A DNA stretch of 62,075 bases, the filler included. It is 15 parts of 15 records of this genome, joined end to end, with 100 filler letters (N's around TTAATTAATTAA, not from the genome) between each part and the next. Parts side by side here need not be neighbours in the genome. Positions count along the whole stretch, not along the records: positions 19,792 to 25,144 come from SRR7504441_11022; positions 25,245 to 30,197 come from SRR7504441_11023; positions 30,298 to 34,099 come from SRR7504441_11024; positions 34,200 to 38,286 come from SRR7504441_11026; 11 more parts are not named here. One strand, 5' to 3'. Below, in pieces: positions 21,537 to 34,967 of this stretch (position 1 is the stretch's first letter; each line of letters starts with the position of its first letter). Under the pieces are notes generated by a model. It had not been told where the DNA came from, did no database searches, and worked only from the letters and a program-made list of their open reading frames with translations. A program made the translations under genes and the position numbers.

Positions 21537-23265
21537 ATGAGCTCTGCGCCGAAGCGGCGCAAGACAGCCGCCGGTGGTCGGCCGAATATCCTTCTGATCC
21601 AGTTGGACCAGCTGGCGCCACACGCGCTCCGGCAGCACGGCAACCGAGTGTGCAAGGCGCCCCACCTGGATCGAATCATGCAGCGCGGAGTCCGGTTCGA
21701 CGCCGCCTACTGCTGCTCTCCCATCTGCTCCCCGAGCCGGTTCGCCATGCTCAGTGGCCGGCTGCCGACCTCGATCGGGGCGTTTGACAACGCCGCCGAG
21801 TATAAGTCGTCCGTCCCGACCTTTGCCCACCTGCTCCGCTCGCGGGGGTACAGCACCACCCTAGCCGGGAAGATGCACTTCGTTGGGGCCGACCAGCTGC
21901 ACGGGTTCGAGGAGCGGCTGACCACCGACATTTACCCCAGTGACTTCGGCTGGACCCCGAACTGGGATCGAGAGAAGGGCGGCGGGCGGGATAAGATGTG
22001 GTTCGGTGAGTAGCGGAGGTCGCCCGGGCTGAGTACTGAGTGTGCAGAGACGCTTCTGTCGGTGGCTGAGGCCGATTGGACCCACTCGTCGATGCAGATG
22101 GAGTTTGATGAGGAAGTGGCGTTTCGAGTCAACCGGAAGCTCCGGCGGCTAGGGCGGGAGAAGGTCGCTCAGGCCCACTGTGGCCAGCCGACACCGCGGC
22201 CGTGGTTTGTACTGGCGTCATTTACGGAGCCGCACGACCCTTACAGCGGCCCGAAGGAGTATTGGGATCAGTACAACGAGGAAGAAATCGACATGCCGAT
22301 AGTAGGATTTGTGCCGAGGGACGAGCGCGATAAGCACTCACAGCGAGTTTTCGATTGCATGGATGCTGGCGACTACGACCAGACGCCGGGTGAGCCCTGG
22401 CTGTGCCTCCAAGGGCTGATCAGGGAGTGCAGAGCGGATAAGGAAGGCGCGCCGTTCGTATTATGCGATGATCAGCTACGTGGATAGCAAGATTGGCGAA
22501 ATAATGCGCACGTTGGAGGAGCAGGAGCTGATGGACGATACGCTGATCATATTGACCAGCGATCATGGTGATATGCAGGGCGAGCGCGGGATGTGGTTCA
22601 AGGAGACATACCATGAGCGCGCCACCCGGGTCCCTCTAGTCTTCTGTGCAACCGCTGCGATGCAAGCTAAGTACGGACTTAGCCTGCAGGCGGGCTCGAT
22701 TGCACAGAATGTGTCTCATGTCGATCTGTTCCCGACATTAGACGAGCTTACAGCAGGAGGAGATGCTAAGAGCTGGGAGGAGTATAGCGTGCATGGTCGC
22801 AGTCTGCTTCCACTGCTGCTAGGCAAGGCGGTGCCAGATCCGAATGCCACCATCTTTTGCGAGTACACTAGCGAAATGATTTACGGTGGCTGGTACATGG
22901 TGAAGCAAGGCGGCTGGAAGCTTGTCTATTCGGAGGATCAGCCACTGCTGTTCAACTTGGATCGCGACCCTCAGGAGAACCAGGACCTTGCTGCTGATCC
23001 GGATCATGCGGATAAACTGGCTCAGCTGTTGCTGATCGCACGGGGCAAGTGGCCGTCGCTGCCAGCACTCACCCAACAGATACTGGAAAGCCAGCGAACG
23101 CGTCGGCTCATCCATGGTGCCTTAATGCAAGGCAAACAGTCGTCGTGGGATCACAGGCCGGTATATGAGAACCAATCTGGCTACATTCGCAACACTAACG
23201 AGAGCTTGCAAGATCAGGAGTACCTGTGTCGAGCACCATACCGAGGACCCCGGCCAACGCGTTGA
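21537..23265 (+). CDS. betC: Choline-sulfatase (BetC-type); 2 introns
   Basis: PNILLIQLDQ, CSPSR formylglycine motif, DNAAEYKSSVPTFAH, GKMHFVGADQLHGFEERLTTDIYPSDFGWTP, SFTEPHDPY, SDHGDMQGERGMWFK. Introns at 22006-22047 and 22390-22432. Confidence 0.93.
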
Positions 23266-23535
23266 GATACTTCCAATTTAATGCGCGGGGGGGTCTCTAT
23301 GGTGTAAGGATTTGCGTCTACATGATTGTACCTGTCTGAACGTAATCATAATGCGGCGAGGCGCCTCGATGAGAGCAAATCTTAGAGCAACTCTTAATTA
23401 AATGCATTGTACTCTTTAATTAAGTATCTTTTTGACTTTTGATTCTGACTTGCTGCTCGAATGTTCTGATAAATCTACTTATGCCATAGTTAGTTGTAGG
23501 TAATCGTCGTCAACACCGATGCAAAAGGAGCGGTG

Positions 23536-24353
23536 CTACAGTGTAGGCATGGTGGCCGATAGGTGGCCGAGGTGCTCCTCGCTAGATTGCACGGTGCCCA
23601 ATGTTCGCCCAGTGGTGAAGAAAGGCGCAGCCGTACTCGCTGTCCCGCCCAATGTAGAGTCTGGAGGCCACTTCACACAAACGGAATCCAGCGGCCCACG
23701 CATGCTTGGTTGAGTTCGTCTATGAGAGACTCGAGAGGCTGTTGCGTTTTGGCCAGATAGCTTTGAACAAAGTCGTGCATATATCCCTGACTCTGCAGGT
23801 GCTTGGCCCAAGCCTCAGGTTTCGGCCGGCAACTGGTGCTCACGAACATGTAAGCCGGTTTGGGCCCCCTCTCCCCACTCACATACAAGAACTGGTTGGG
23901 TGGGAACAGCGTGCTCGGGTGATCGGCCTTCTCGCGCACAGACAGCACAGGCAGCACCTGCCCAGCCAAGTTACTTTCGGCCCTCGAGCGCCCTCTCGCC
24001 TGATGGGGCTCGAGCGCCCGCAGTTCCTCGCACCACTGCCCCAACCGTGTCGCCCAGCCCCAACCGGGCCAACCTGTGGCAGCGCGTTCTTTGCGAGCGA
24101 CTCGACCACCTCATCGAATCTGTGAGGCTCGCTGGCGCTGTCTGCCCGCCAGGTCGGCCCCCGGCCCGGGCCGCACACCACCGGGGACCCCGCAGGCGGT
24201 CTGGAGCACGCGGTGCCCGAAGTGGCTCTCCACCGCGCCCCGCTGCTGACCGGTCCGCAGCAGCTGCTCCACAGCCCCGGCCTTGACCGCCAGCAGCTTG
24301 AACACCGCCAGGAAGCTCGGCGTGCCCCCCGGCTCCTCCACAGTGTGCGCCAT
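23536..24353 (-). CDS. Hypothetical spliced protein
   Basis: Plausible minus-strand ORF pieces (MAHTVEEPGG..., HRFDEVVESLAKNALPQ, LFPPNQFLYVSGERGPKPAYMFVST) separated by roughly 40-nt GT-AG segments such as 24142-24181. The 3' end is uncertain. Confidence 0.5.
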
Positions 24354-24438
24354 CCGACGCCGCGCTCCGAGAGCTTCTGCCGTTGTCGGTCATCAGCGCG
24401 TGGCAGGTCATCCGCCGCAGAACTAGAGCGGAGCTGCG

Positions 24439-25144
24439 ATGCTCCGGCGCTTCTCGGCAGGCGAGCCGGCGCCCGAGTCGTGGCAGTTGGACACGCTGGC
24501 CGGGTTCCTGTTCCAGCGCCGCGAGCTCTTCGCCGGCTTCACCCGGGTGCTCTGGCTGGGCTGGACCGCACAAGGCTCGGCCCTGGCCCGACTCTCTCGC
24601 CCGCTGATCATCCGGCTGATCCAGCTCTCACTCCCGCTCGCCCCGGCCGACTGGGACCGCCTGATCGCCGCCGCCCCGGCCACCAGCGCCGAGCTGGCCT
24701 CCCAGGTCCTCCAGGGCTGCCTAGTCGACGTGGTGTACCGCCCTTCGCTCGAAGCCCCCCCTGTGCCGCTCCGGCCGGCTCCGGGCGGACTCGGGCTGCT
24801 CGGGGCGCTCGGAGGCGGCTGGCCCGACCCGGCGATCCTCGAGCTCGGTGGGCCGGCCGTCTGTGCGGTACTAGCCGGGTGGCGTATGGATAGGCACTGG
24901 CCGGGCAGAGTAGCGGCCATGTCGGCCGTATCGCAGGCCGTGGCCAGCGGGGAGTTGTTCCCGCACTGCCTGGTGGACCTGCTCGAGCACCTTGCCACCA
25001 CCCCGGAGGGCCGGGCCACCCTGGCAGCAGGGAATGGGCTTTCAGTGGTGCTCTCGCTAGCCCAGCTCTGCCTCAGCCAGATGGCCGGCTCAGCGCTGAG
25101 GATCCTGTGCCAGCTGCTGATGGACGAGAGCCCGGAGGTAACGG
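24439..25144 (+). CDS. Hypothetical Leu/Ala-rich helical (ARM-like) protein, 3'-truncated
   Basis: ATG-initiated open frame to the spacer, with GC3-rich codons. Confidence 0.55.
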
Positions 25145-25244
25145 NNNNNNNNNNNNNNNNNNNNNNNNNNNNNNNNNNNNNNNNNNNNTTAATTAATTAA
25201 NNNNNNNNNNNNNNNNNNNNNNNNNNNNNNNNNNNNNNNNNNNN

Positions 25245-28200
25245 TCCTGCACGCTTGGCAAAGAAGGCAGAGGCGATGAGCTTCGATGCTGGTGACGGTG
25301 ACGCGCCCAAGCCCAAAGCTGCTCCACCTGCACGACTGGCTGCAAAGCGCACCACCTCCAAACCCTCAGGCAACAAATCCGCTGCTGCCAAGAACAGCCC
25401 AGCTGACGATGAGCCCACGGGGCCACTGATGGACGATGACGCCTTGCAAGCTCAAGTGGCCGAACTGCTGCCAGCCGAAGCGATCGAGGGGCTGGCAAGC
25501 TCGGCCTGGAAAGAGCGCGTGGAGGCAGCAGGAGCTGTGCTGGAGGCCGTGGAGGCGATGGGCGAGGTGACGGGCGAGCAGTGCGAGGCAGTGTTTGTGC
25601 AGCTGTCCAAGAGCCCAGGCTTCAAGGAAAACAACTTCCAGGTGCTCAACAAAGTGTTTGAGATCTTCGCGGCTGTCTGCAGCAAGGTGGACCAGCTGCC
25701 CAAGCAAGTGGCCAACCTGCCGCTTGCCATCCTCACAGAGAAGAACGGGGACATGAAAGTCAAGAAGAACGCCTGCGAGTGCCTGCTCAGCATCGCGGAG
25801 GTGGCCGGCCCGCAGTTTGTGGCATCGCGCGTGTACAAGCACGGGCTGGGAGCCAAGAGCCCCAAGGTGACGGCCGAGGCTGCTGGCTGGGTCGCCACCT
25901 GCATCGAGGAGTTTGGGATGGGACACTTGACCACTGTGCCGCTGCTCGACTTTGTGCAAGGCCTGCTCGAGAGCACCAACCCAACAGTCAAGAAGGAGGC
26001 GCTCAAACTGCTCGTCGCGATGCGTCGATACGCCGGATCTGCGCTTTCGTCTGTGATTGCTGGCAAGGCTGATGAGATCAAGCCAGCGCTGCTCAAGACG
26101 ATTGAGTCTGAGATGGCCAAGGTGAGCAGCTCGGACCCAGTGGCTCAGGAGCCGACCCGACAAGTCCGGTGCTCCACTCAGGCTGGCAAGGGCAAGGGAG
26201 GCGGAGCCAGTGGCAGCGCCCCAGCAGCATTTGAGCTGCCACGGCAGGACATTAGCTCGCAGATAACCGCCAAGATGATCAAAGAGATCAGTTCGAGCGA
26301 CTGGAAGGAGCGCAAGGCGGCCCTTGGCGAAGTGACGGAGATTCTGACCAAGGCAGGCAAGAGTATAGAGCCCAACACAGGCGGCGAGCTGTTCCCGGCA
26401 CTCAAGCTTCGGCTGTCTGACAAGAATCAGTCGTGCCAGTGTGACGCAATCGCGCTCTGTGGTGACCTTGCCGAGTCAATCGGGGCTCCGGTAGCCCGTG
26501 AAGCCAAGATCGTGATGCAGGGTCTGTTCCAGTCCATCCAAGAGAAGAAGGCCCCCATCCGGGCCAAGGTGAGGCTCACTCTAGACCAGTGGGTGGCCGC
26601 CACCGGCATTGGGCCTATGCTCCGGTACGCTCCGGCTGCGCTTGAGGGAAACTCAGTTGATGGGCGGAAAGAGGTGCTGGGGTGGCTTGTGGCTCACACT
26701 GAGCTGCTCAGAAGCCCTGACGTTGATTTGGCTGACTTTGGCAAGTCCTTGGTGATTACGCTGCAGGATCGCGACGGCACTGTGCGCAAGCTGTCTGAGG
26801 AGTTCCTGGACACAGTGATGGCCCAAGTGGGCTACCAACAGATGGTTGACTTCTGCCAGGACCTCAAGCCTGCTGTAAAGAAGACCATCCTGGCTGTGGT
26901 CGAGAAGCATGCAGCATCAGCCGGTGCAACCCGAGCAGCCGAGCCGGCCAACAGCAGCGCCGACTCGCAGCGCGCTGCTCCAGTTGCCAAGAAGAAGACC
27001 CCTCCTCGTCGGAGCACTGCCAACCGGACCACTAGAGCTGGTCCGACCAAAAAGGCTGCCCCAGAGCCGGAGCCGGAGCCGGAGCAAGCGGCACCAGCGG
27101 AAGGCGACGCTGATTCTGTCGTCCAAATGTGCAGCTCGAGGGATAAGCAAATGCGTGCCAAGCGCGACAAGACTGCACACTGGAACCCGGACCTTGCACA
27201 CAAGGATAAGGATACACTGTCCGAACTGTCAGACAGCTTTGCTCCGTGCGTTGCTGCAGATGTACTCGAAAAGCTGTTCTCCAAAGATTGGCGGAAGCAT
27301 GTCGAAGCAGCCGAGATGCTGATTGCCGAAGTGCCTGGACACTTTGCGGAGTTCCAGTCATTCCTTGATCTGATCCTCAAGTATGCAAGCTTGCGGATAG
27401 CCGAAGGCAATACGAATGCCATGTCTAAATGGCTCGAGTTGGTTAAGCTGCTGTTCGAGCACCTGACTGAGGCCCAGATCGAGCTCACCGACCAGGAGCA
27501 CGGAATCTTCGTCCCCAATCTGGTCGACAAACTGGGCAACAACAAGGAACACGTTCGAACCATCCTGAGAGACTGTCTTGATCGGATCCCGAGCGTGGTG
27601 CCTCTCCAGCGCATCTACCCTTACATTGCTGATGGCCTCAAGAGCAAGAACGGCCGGTCGCGCGTGGCCTGTCTCGAGTTCCTCACCAGCTTGGTTGAGC
27701 AGCATCCGCTCAAGAGCGTCGCCCACCCTGGCAAGATTATGCCGATGCTTGCTGAAGTGATCAAATCGGACCGCGACCGATCAGTGGTCTCAGCAGGTCT
27801 CAATCTGATTTGCAAGGCGCATGTCGAGCTCAAGGACAACCTCTGGAAGGCGCTCGGTCAGATAAATGACAATCAGAAGGGTATGATATTGGACCGGATG
27901 AAGCACACATCCGGGAGTGTGCCCGCGCCTGCCGCAGAGCCTGCAGCCAAGCGACCCAGCACCACCAGCTCCAAAATGCGCCAACCTAGTGCAGACAACA
28001 AGCAAGCTAAGCAGACTACTCCGGCTAAGAGGTCCAAGACTCCCAAGAAGGTGCTGCGCGAGCCGTCCAGCAGCAAGCTCGAAAAGACAGCGCCAGTAGC
28101 ATCATCAATACGCAAACCTCTGACAGGCGGGCAGCCCTCAAAAGCGTCGGCAGTACCAGTGAGCACCTCTGGCAGCAACGAATCGGTGCTAGGAGGATCT

Positions 28201-29691
28201 GGAGTGACAAAGCGGTTCGACTTGGACCTTGGCCAGGTGGAGAAGACCGCTGCAGCTGCGCTGGATGAGTCGTCCACTCCGGCAACCAGCATGACAACCA
28301 CCGAGGTTCCTGCACACCTCCAAGCAGGCCTGCAGCAGGCAAGAGGCAGCCCGATCCGGGATGGACCAACGATGCTGCCCTCAGTATGGCTGCAAGAACT
28401 GCAGAACGACGACAGTGAGGCACGGATTGATGCCATGAAGGCAGTGAGCGACGCTGCTTGCCTGGAGCCTGGTACTGTGGTGCCGCTTGTGGAGCCTTTG
28501 ATGGCTGTGCTTGCTGAGCAGATCAAGCCCACGTTTGAGGCTTGCAGCCAAGGCTCGGCTCGGCTTTGCAAGTATCTGCTCAATACCCTGATGCAACTGT
28601 TCTCCAAGCCAGACATAGGCTCGGCAGTCTCGAGCGCCAAACTGACCACCGTCATCACGGAGCTCACATCGCAGATGCTTGACCCAGCAACCCTTGAAAT
28701 GACTGACGGCAAAAACATGATCAAAGCGCTCAACTTGTTGATGCTACGTATCCTTGACAACTGCAACCGCAATACCACCTTCTCTGTACTTGTCAAGCAG
28801 CTCGAGCCCACAGAGGCCAGCCAGCTCAGGCCGGGCGGATGCGAGCTGGTGGTGCGCTGCCTGCTCCGGTTCAGCAAGGGGCTGCAGCAGAACATGGACC
28901 AAATCGACCTCGACGCGCTGTTTGAGCAGATCCACAATTTCTTTGAGGCCAGTCCGCCCAAGAAGGCAGCCGAGGGAACTTCCGAGGCTATGGTGGCGCG
29001 TACAATAAAGACGATTGTGCACGAGGTGGTTCGAATCAAGGGAGTCGAAGTCAAGCAGCACTTGTCGCACATACCAGCCCCTGACCAGGAGAATCAACCG
29101 TTGCTGCTCCAGTACATTGATCTGATGCTAGACAATGTGCAGACCGACTGGAAGCAGTATGCGGCTGCCAACAAGGCCATCCTGAGCTCACCCAGCCTGA
29201 CACCGGCCGCTGACCAGCAGATTGAGGAGAATTCGGAGCCAGCCCAGCCTGCAGCGAGTAACCTGAGCGACTCGCCGGCCAAGGCTCCGAGTCAGGTGGT
29301 CAAGAGCTACACCTCGCGGCTGCAGGCGCTCCAGTCCAAGTACGGGTTCAAGGCGGAGAGCGGCGACTTGCCAGCAGCCACAATCGACAGCTCAGCCACG
29401 CTGTCTGAGACTGCCAAAGCCCCGATCAGCTCAATCACGGAGCAGTACCAGGGCCGGCTGCAGCAGTTGCAGCAGCAGTACGGGCTGGCCGTGTCGAGCA
29501 CACCACAGAAGGCCCCGTCCACCCCATCGGCAAATCTGGATGCGCTCAAAGCCCGGATGCAGGCAATCGAATCAAGTGGTTCCAAGGAGGGGGCTACAAA
29601 CAGCAGTGAAGGTAATAAGAGCTCGCACTCATCGATTGAGGAGCTAAAAGCTCGGCTCAACAAGGTCAAGTCTGCTGATGTGAGCAGTTAG
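25245..29691 (+). CDS. CKAP5: XMAP215/ch-TOG/MOR1 microtubule polymerase (5'-truncated, intronless)
   Basis: TOG-domain hallmarks SSAWKERVEA, GFKENNFQV, SSDWKERKAAL, LFSKDWRKHVEA and GLKSKNGRSRVACLE; C-terminal KALNLLMLRILDNCNRN. Confidence 0.95.
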
Positions 29692-30449
29692 TCAGCTGCA
29701 ACAATTGGCAGCGGGATGACTTAATGGGGCAAAGGGGCACAACACAGCTGCGGGCTCAGACTGCAAGACTGCGCAAGGATAGTGACTCATGCAGAGCACT
29801 TCCGTGAGCTACTTGCTAGGGGGCAGCAGGAATACACAACTTTAGGCCTTTGAACGACTTTTTAGAAAGCATGTACCAATAATTATTGTACGAAAGGCCG
29901 TCTACTAATTAAAAGATTGTCCATCTAAAGTGGCTACATCGCTACACGAATTGTACATGTACTTGTAATAAAGTCAGAATAGTACTTAAGCTTACATCTA
30001 TAGTACATGTACTCGTACTACGGTACATGTACTACTGGCCTAGATCTCTGCAGTAGAACCACCCGCGCGGATAGCTGGTGGACGAATTCGAAGCGTTCGA
30101 AGACGAAAGTGATGGCCCCGAAGACAAGAAAGAACCAGTCTAGAACCAGTCGAAGAAGCAGAAGAAACCCGCCGCGGAGGCCGCCGGGCAGGCCTTCNNN
30201 NNNNNNNNNNNNNNNNNNNNNNNNNNNNNNNNNNNNNNNNNTTAATTAATTAANNNNNNNNNNNNNNNNNNNNNNNNNNNNNNNNNNNNNNNNNNNNTTA
30301 GTAAAGAAGGTCACTACTACTACTACTAAGTACTCGTAGCACTCGAGCTCTACGCAGTAGCAGCTCCTGTCGTCCTGCAACACGCTGTCAACTTTTGTTT
30401 TGGGCTTGGCCGGTGTTACCAAGGTTACCTCAGCACAGTGCAGGCTGGG

Positions 30450-32535
30450 ATGGCCAGCGCTCTGTACGCGCTCCTGCTGGCCACCGCGGCCGCTGCGGCA
30501 GTCGGCCCCGTGATCCAGTTCGACTCGGGCAAGGTCCGCGGCTTCGTCGACGGCGGGGCCCGGGTCTTCCTAGGCGTGCCGTACGCCCAAGCTCCAGTGG
30601 GCCGGTGGCGGTTCATGCCTCCCCAGCCGCTCCAGGCCTGGCCGGGGGTGCGCGACGGGACAAAGGTGGGGCCGGGCTGCCTGCGCGAGGCCAGTTGGTA
30701 TACGCTCAACCCGGCCACCAGCGAGGACTGCCTTACGCTAGACATCTGGACCCCGGTCAACCCGCGGGTGGCCAACATGCCGGTGATGGTTTGGATCTTC
30801 GGGGGCGGGTACCACACTGGGAGCGGGGACTCGCTCCAGACCCGCGGAAACCGGCTGGTCCAACAGTACGCCGACGTTGTGGTCATCACAATCAACTACC
30901 GGCTCGGGGCGTTGGGCTGGCTGGGCTCGGCCGAGCTCCGCAGACAGAGCGATCTGCTCACGGGGAGGAACTCCACGGGGAACATGGGCCTGCTCGATAT
31001 GCAGGCGGCGCTCCAGTGGGTCCAGAGGAACGCGGCGGCGCTCGGGGGCGATAATCGGAACGTCATGGTGTTTGGAGAGTCTGCAGGTGCGGGCGCGGTC
31101 TCAGCACTCATGGGGAGCAAGGCCTCGCGCGGGCTGTTCCACAAGGCCGGGATGCAGTCGGGCGGTTTCCAGAAGTGGACCGCGATGAGTCTGAACCACG
31201 CGCAGCACAATTACCACGCGCTTTTAGCCGAGCTCCGTAGCCACGGGAAGAAGCCCGGCGTGCGGCCGTGGCATAAGCGGTGCCAGCCGGGCGAGAGCGA
31301 CATCGACTGCCTGTACCGACTGCCGGCGGCGGTGCTAATGCGCGTGGCCGCCAACTCTGCCACGGCGTTCATGAACTCCAGTGGGTGGGATGGATACAAC
31401 CAGTGCCAGTGGGGTCCGATTGTGGACGCCAATGTGCTGCTGGAGCACCCGTTCACTGCCCTGCAGCGCAGCCGGCTGGCCCATCCCGTCCCGGCCATCA
31501 TCGGTCAGCCCCCTGGCTGGGTGGAACTTGAATTTGAATGTGCAGGGTTTAACAAGGACGATGGGACTGAGTTTATGGATGGCTGTCCTAACGACGAGGA
31601 CGATTACGGCAACCCGTCGTGCAATCTGACCAGCCGGCTGTACAACCGGCACCACCTGCCAGCCCGGCCGACTGAGCCCGCCGCAGGATGAATCGGGTGT
31701 TCGCTTCATACCGGCTGGCAAACTCTCCTGGCCACAGAGGGTTCAACAATAAATTGTATCGTGAGTGGCTTCCCGCCAACTTCCCACAGGCAGATCCAGA
31801 CAAGCTGCTCCAGGTAACGGCTTTTTGCTCTGGCGCGAGCTAGCAGCAGGTGTATCCTGGTCCAAGCATGCCGGTCAATAGCACAGCTGACCGGTTTAAC
31901 ACAAATTATTGGGCTGCCGAGTATATGATGGGCGACTTTATCATGTATTGCACAGGCAGGCGGGCTGCGTGCAAGATCGCCAACTGGGCCAAACTCCCCT
32001 CGCGACTCAACGACAACGTGTACCAGGCGAGCTGCTCACTAGCGGTCAGCTGAGCGGCGGGTCAGTTTTACTTTACTCGAACGCCTAACCAAGCTCCGTT
32101 TAGACAGAGGAAGCACCCTCGCAAGCAGTACGTCACGGATGGGTTCCGGGCTTGCCACGGGTGCCGGGCAGCCCGGGCGGGGGGGGAGCCGGTGCCAGGT
32201 GTGAGATACCTTTCGTGTTCCTGAGGGATGATAGTCTGGAGTATGGGATCTCTGGCCAGGGCGAGATGGCGCTGGGCCGGGCTATGTCCACCTACTGGAC
32301 TAATTTCGCATGGAACTCCAACCCGAGCAATGCCACCGGCCGGCTAGCTATCGCAGTGAAGAGCACTGCGCAGTTGCCGGTCTGGTGGGGGCACCATCAA
32401 GAGGACGATGCAGCCGTGGTGCTAGACGCTACAGAGACAAACTTTAGCATAACGATGGCCCGGCCGCACCCAAGAGCTAAGTATTGTCGGGCGTTTTGGG
32501 ACAAACACTTTGCCGACGAGGGCTGGTTTCTATAG
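30450..32535 (+). CDS. Secreted type B carboxylesterase/cholinesterase-family hydrolase; 5 introns
   Basis: Signal peptide; FLGVPYA, SEDCL, WIFGGGY, NYRLG, FGESAG, ACHGCEIPFVF, YWTNFA. Introns at 31504-31545, 31649-31686 (GC), 31814-31849, 32027-32065 (GC) and 32161-32198. Confidence 0.93.
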
Positions 32536-32594
32536 AATCAGTTGGAAATAAAGAGCATAATTATACACTGAATCATACACTATACTAAGTCTTA

Positions 32595-32620
32595 CATGAC
32601 ATTGTGCACACAATGTCATG
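32595..32620. terminator. 12-bp inverted repeat formed by two opposed copies of the recurrent 3'-spacer motif, between convergent genes
   Basis: CATGACATTGTG-CA-CACAATGTCATG. A 3'-end role is inferred from position only. Confidence 0.45.
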
Positions 32621-32728
32621 ACACGGGTATAGTACGTACGAGTACAATTGATCGACGCTCGGTCATGCATTGATCACCAGGCTCCAACCAAGCACACACA
32701 CAGCCACCGCCGGACCGACCATGACAAG

Positions 32729-34099
32729 TTAGTAGCCGAATGCGGCCGCTTGCGTGTGGGCATCGAACTCGCATCGCTCCGGGCTCTGCGGCAGCTTGCT
32801 CCCCATCCGCACTTGCACCTCTTCCATCTCCGCCTGGTACTGATCCGCCTGCTTGTTCGCCTCCTCGATCGCTGCAATATGCTGCGCCACCTGCCGCCGC
32901 AGCTCAGCCCGGCCTTTAGTGCCCGACTCGCCTCATCATTGGTCCGATCTGTGAACTGCTGCACTTTCATCTGCAACTCACCTAGCTCTTGCTCCCTCGC
33001 AGCTCGCTTCTCACTCAGCCCAAGGAATGTCATCCGCTTGCCTTCAAGCTCCTCCTGCAGCATCTGCAGCCGCATCTGCCACACTATCAGCCCTGGCCCT
33101 CCTCAGCTGGGGGCGCCTGGTTCTCAACAGCAGCCATCTTGAGCTGATCATACTCGGAGTGCTTGCCTACGACTTGCATCCGCTCTTTGCACACTTCAAT
33201 CCGCTGCTTCACCAAATCATCGTAACTCACCACAAGCCTGCCACAGCCGTCATCCGGCCGCCGAATTGGGCACGCACCCCATCTTCTCTTTCTGCAACTC
33301 ATCGCAGTCAGCCGAAGTCTCTTTCTTAGCCACTTCGGCCAGCATGAGCGCCTCCCTGTACTGGTCGCATTCCTGGACCGCAATCATCCACTCGCTCTGA
33401 GCATCAAACGTGGCCTGCTCCATCTGCTTGCATCCATTGGACAGCTCGAGCTGCTCTAGTTGGAGCGCCTTGGACTCAAACACTCGCTGCGCGTGCGCTT
33501 TATTGTGCGCCACCACTTCTTTCTGTTGGTTCTCTACAAGTTGCTGGAATTGTGCCTCGAGCTCCCTGTGCTCGGCCTCCTTGGGCGCCAGGCTCTTGCT
33601 AGCTTGCGCCAGCAGCTCCTCCTTCTTGCCGAGCTCGATCACCTCTGACTCGAGTTGGTGCTCCAGCCACTCCTTGTCGCGCACGGCCGCCATCCGAGGC
33701 GTGATCCTCTCGTTCCAGTCGTGTTCAGCTCGAGGCGTCTGCGGGGGTGTTGCGTGCGGCGGCGGCGGCGGGACCGGCAAGCGGCCGCGCGCGGACGGTG
33801 TCTCGCAGCCCTCGCTGAGCTGACCAGTCCACAGCCCCGCTGTCCCCGACGTCTCGACCAAGGCGACCACACCCAGGCCTCCGCACTGGACATCTATCAC
33901 GGCGCTTCCGGCTCTGATGATAACAGGCGTGGCCTCCCCGTACACCAGCCCGTGCCGGAAGTAGCCCCAGGTCCACACCCGCTGTCTTTCCGAGTCGAGC
34001 GCCACGGTGCAGCCCCAGCCGCAGCTCACAGTCTCTACTCGCGCCCCGCTCATAATGTCGACAGGCTGAGGAGTCGCGTGGTCGAAATACTTTGCAGAA
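32729..34099 (-). CDS. RCC1-repeat plus coiled-coil protein (5'-truncated); 3 introns
   Basis: VSCGWGCTVAL...VWTWG and VQCGG. Introns at 33238-33277, 33076-33116 (GC) and 32891-32931 (GC); ends AAFGY*. Confidence 0.75.
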
Positions 34100-34199
34100 N
34101 NNNNNNNNNNNNNNNNNNNNNNNNNNNNNNNNNNNNNNNNNNNTTAATTAATTAANNNNNNNNNNNNNNNNNNNNNNNNNNNNNNNNNNNNNNNNNNNN

Positions 34200-34732
34200 A
34201 GCGAGTCGAGCGGGTCGGAGTCTGCCAGCTGGTCAAGTCTTCCGGCCACCATCCGGAGCAAGCGCACTGCCTCGGCTTGCTCGGCCGCCCCAGGCGAGCG
34301 CGACAGCTGGTGGGCCAGCCAGTGCCCGGCCGAGGCGTGACCAGGGTCGAGCGCCAGCACCGCCCGCAGGCTGGCCACCGCCGGCCGCTTATACCTGAGC
34401 TGCAGCCCGGCCAGCCTGTAGAGTGGATCCGTCCGCCCGGGCAGGATTGCCGCCAGCCGCCGCAGCTGCTGCTCGGCCTCGCCCAGCCGGCCCACCCCCG
34501 CCAGCGCCTCGGCCAGCGCCCGGCGCACTTCGGGGTCGCGCGGGGCCCGGCGGAGCGCGTTCTGGAGCAGCGGGAGCGCCGCGACCGGGCGGGTCGGCAG
34601 GAGCGCCTGGGCCTCCGCCAGCTCGGCCTGCCCCCGCGGGCACAGCTGCGAGCCGCCAGCAGTAGAGGCCGACAGCAGCGCCAGCCGCCAGAGCGTCATA
34701 GGGACGCTCATCCAGCTCATAGGGACCGCCAC
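34200..34732 (-). CDS. TPR-repeat protein with signal-peptide-like N-terminus (3'-truncated)
   Basis: LQNALRRAPRDPEVRRALAEALAGVGRLGEAEQQLRR and LRAVLALDPGHASA; the start codon is uncertain. Confidence 0.75.
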
Positions 34733-34967
34733 CGTTCCGGCCCGGCACGGCCTGAAGCCTACAATAGGACCTAGACTCTATGTACAGCCGTACAGCTAGC
34801 TGTAGTGCTACGGTACTTTATTCTGCTTTGCATACAGGGTACATACTCTCATTAAAATGTTTTTCCTCTCTAAACCTAGGTCGGCCTTTACAGTAATGAT
34901 ATTTGCACGTCTCGGCTTAACGCGCTTGAAATGCGATGGGTGTGTGTAATTCAATCGACTTACTTGA

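Noticed and set aside
73-23265. DddD-like gene and betC as a metabolic gene cluster
   Set aside because: They are on different contigs, so there is no evidence of linkage.
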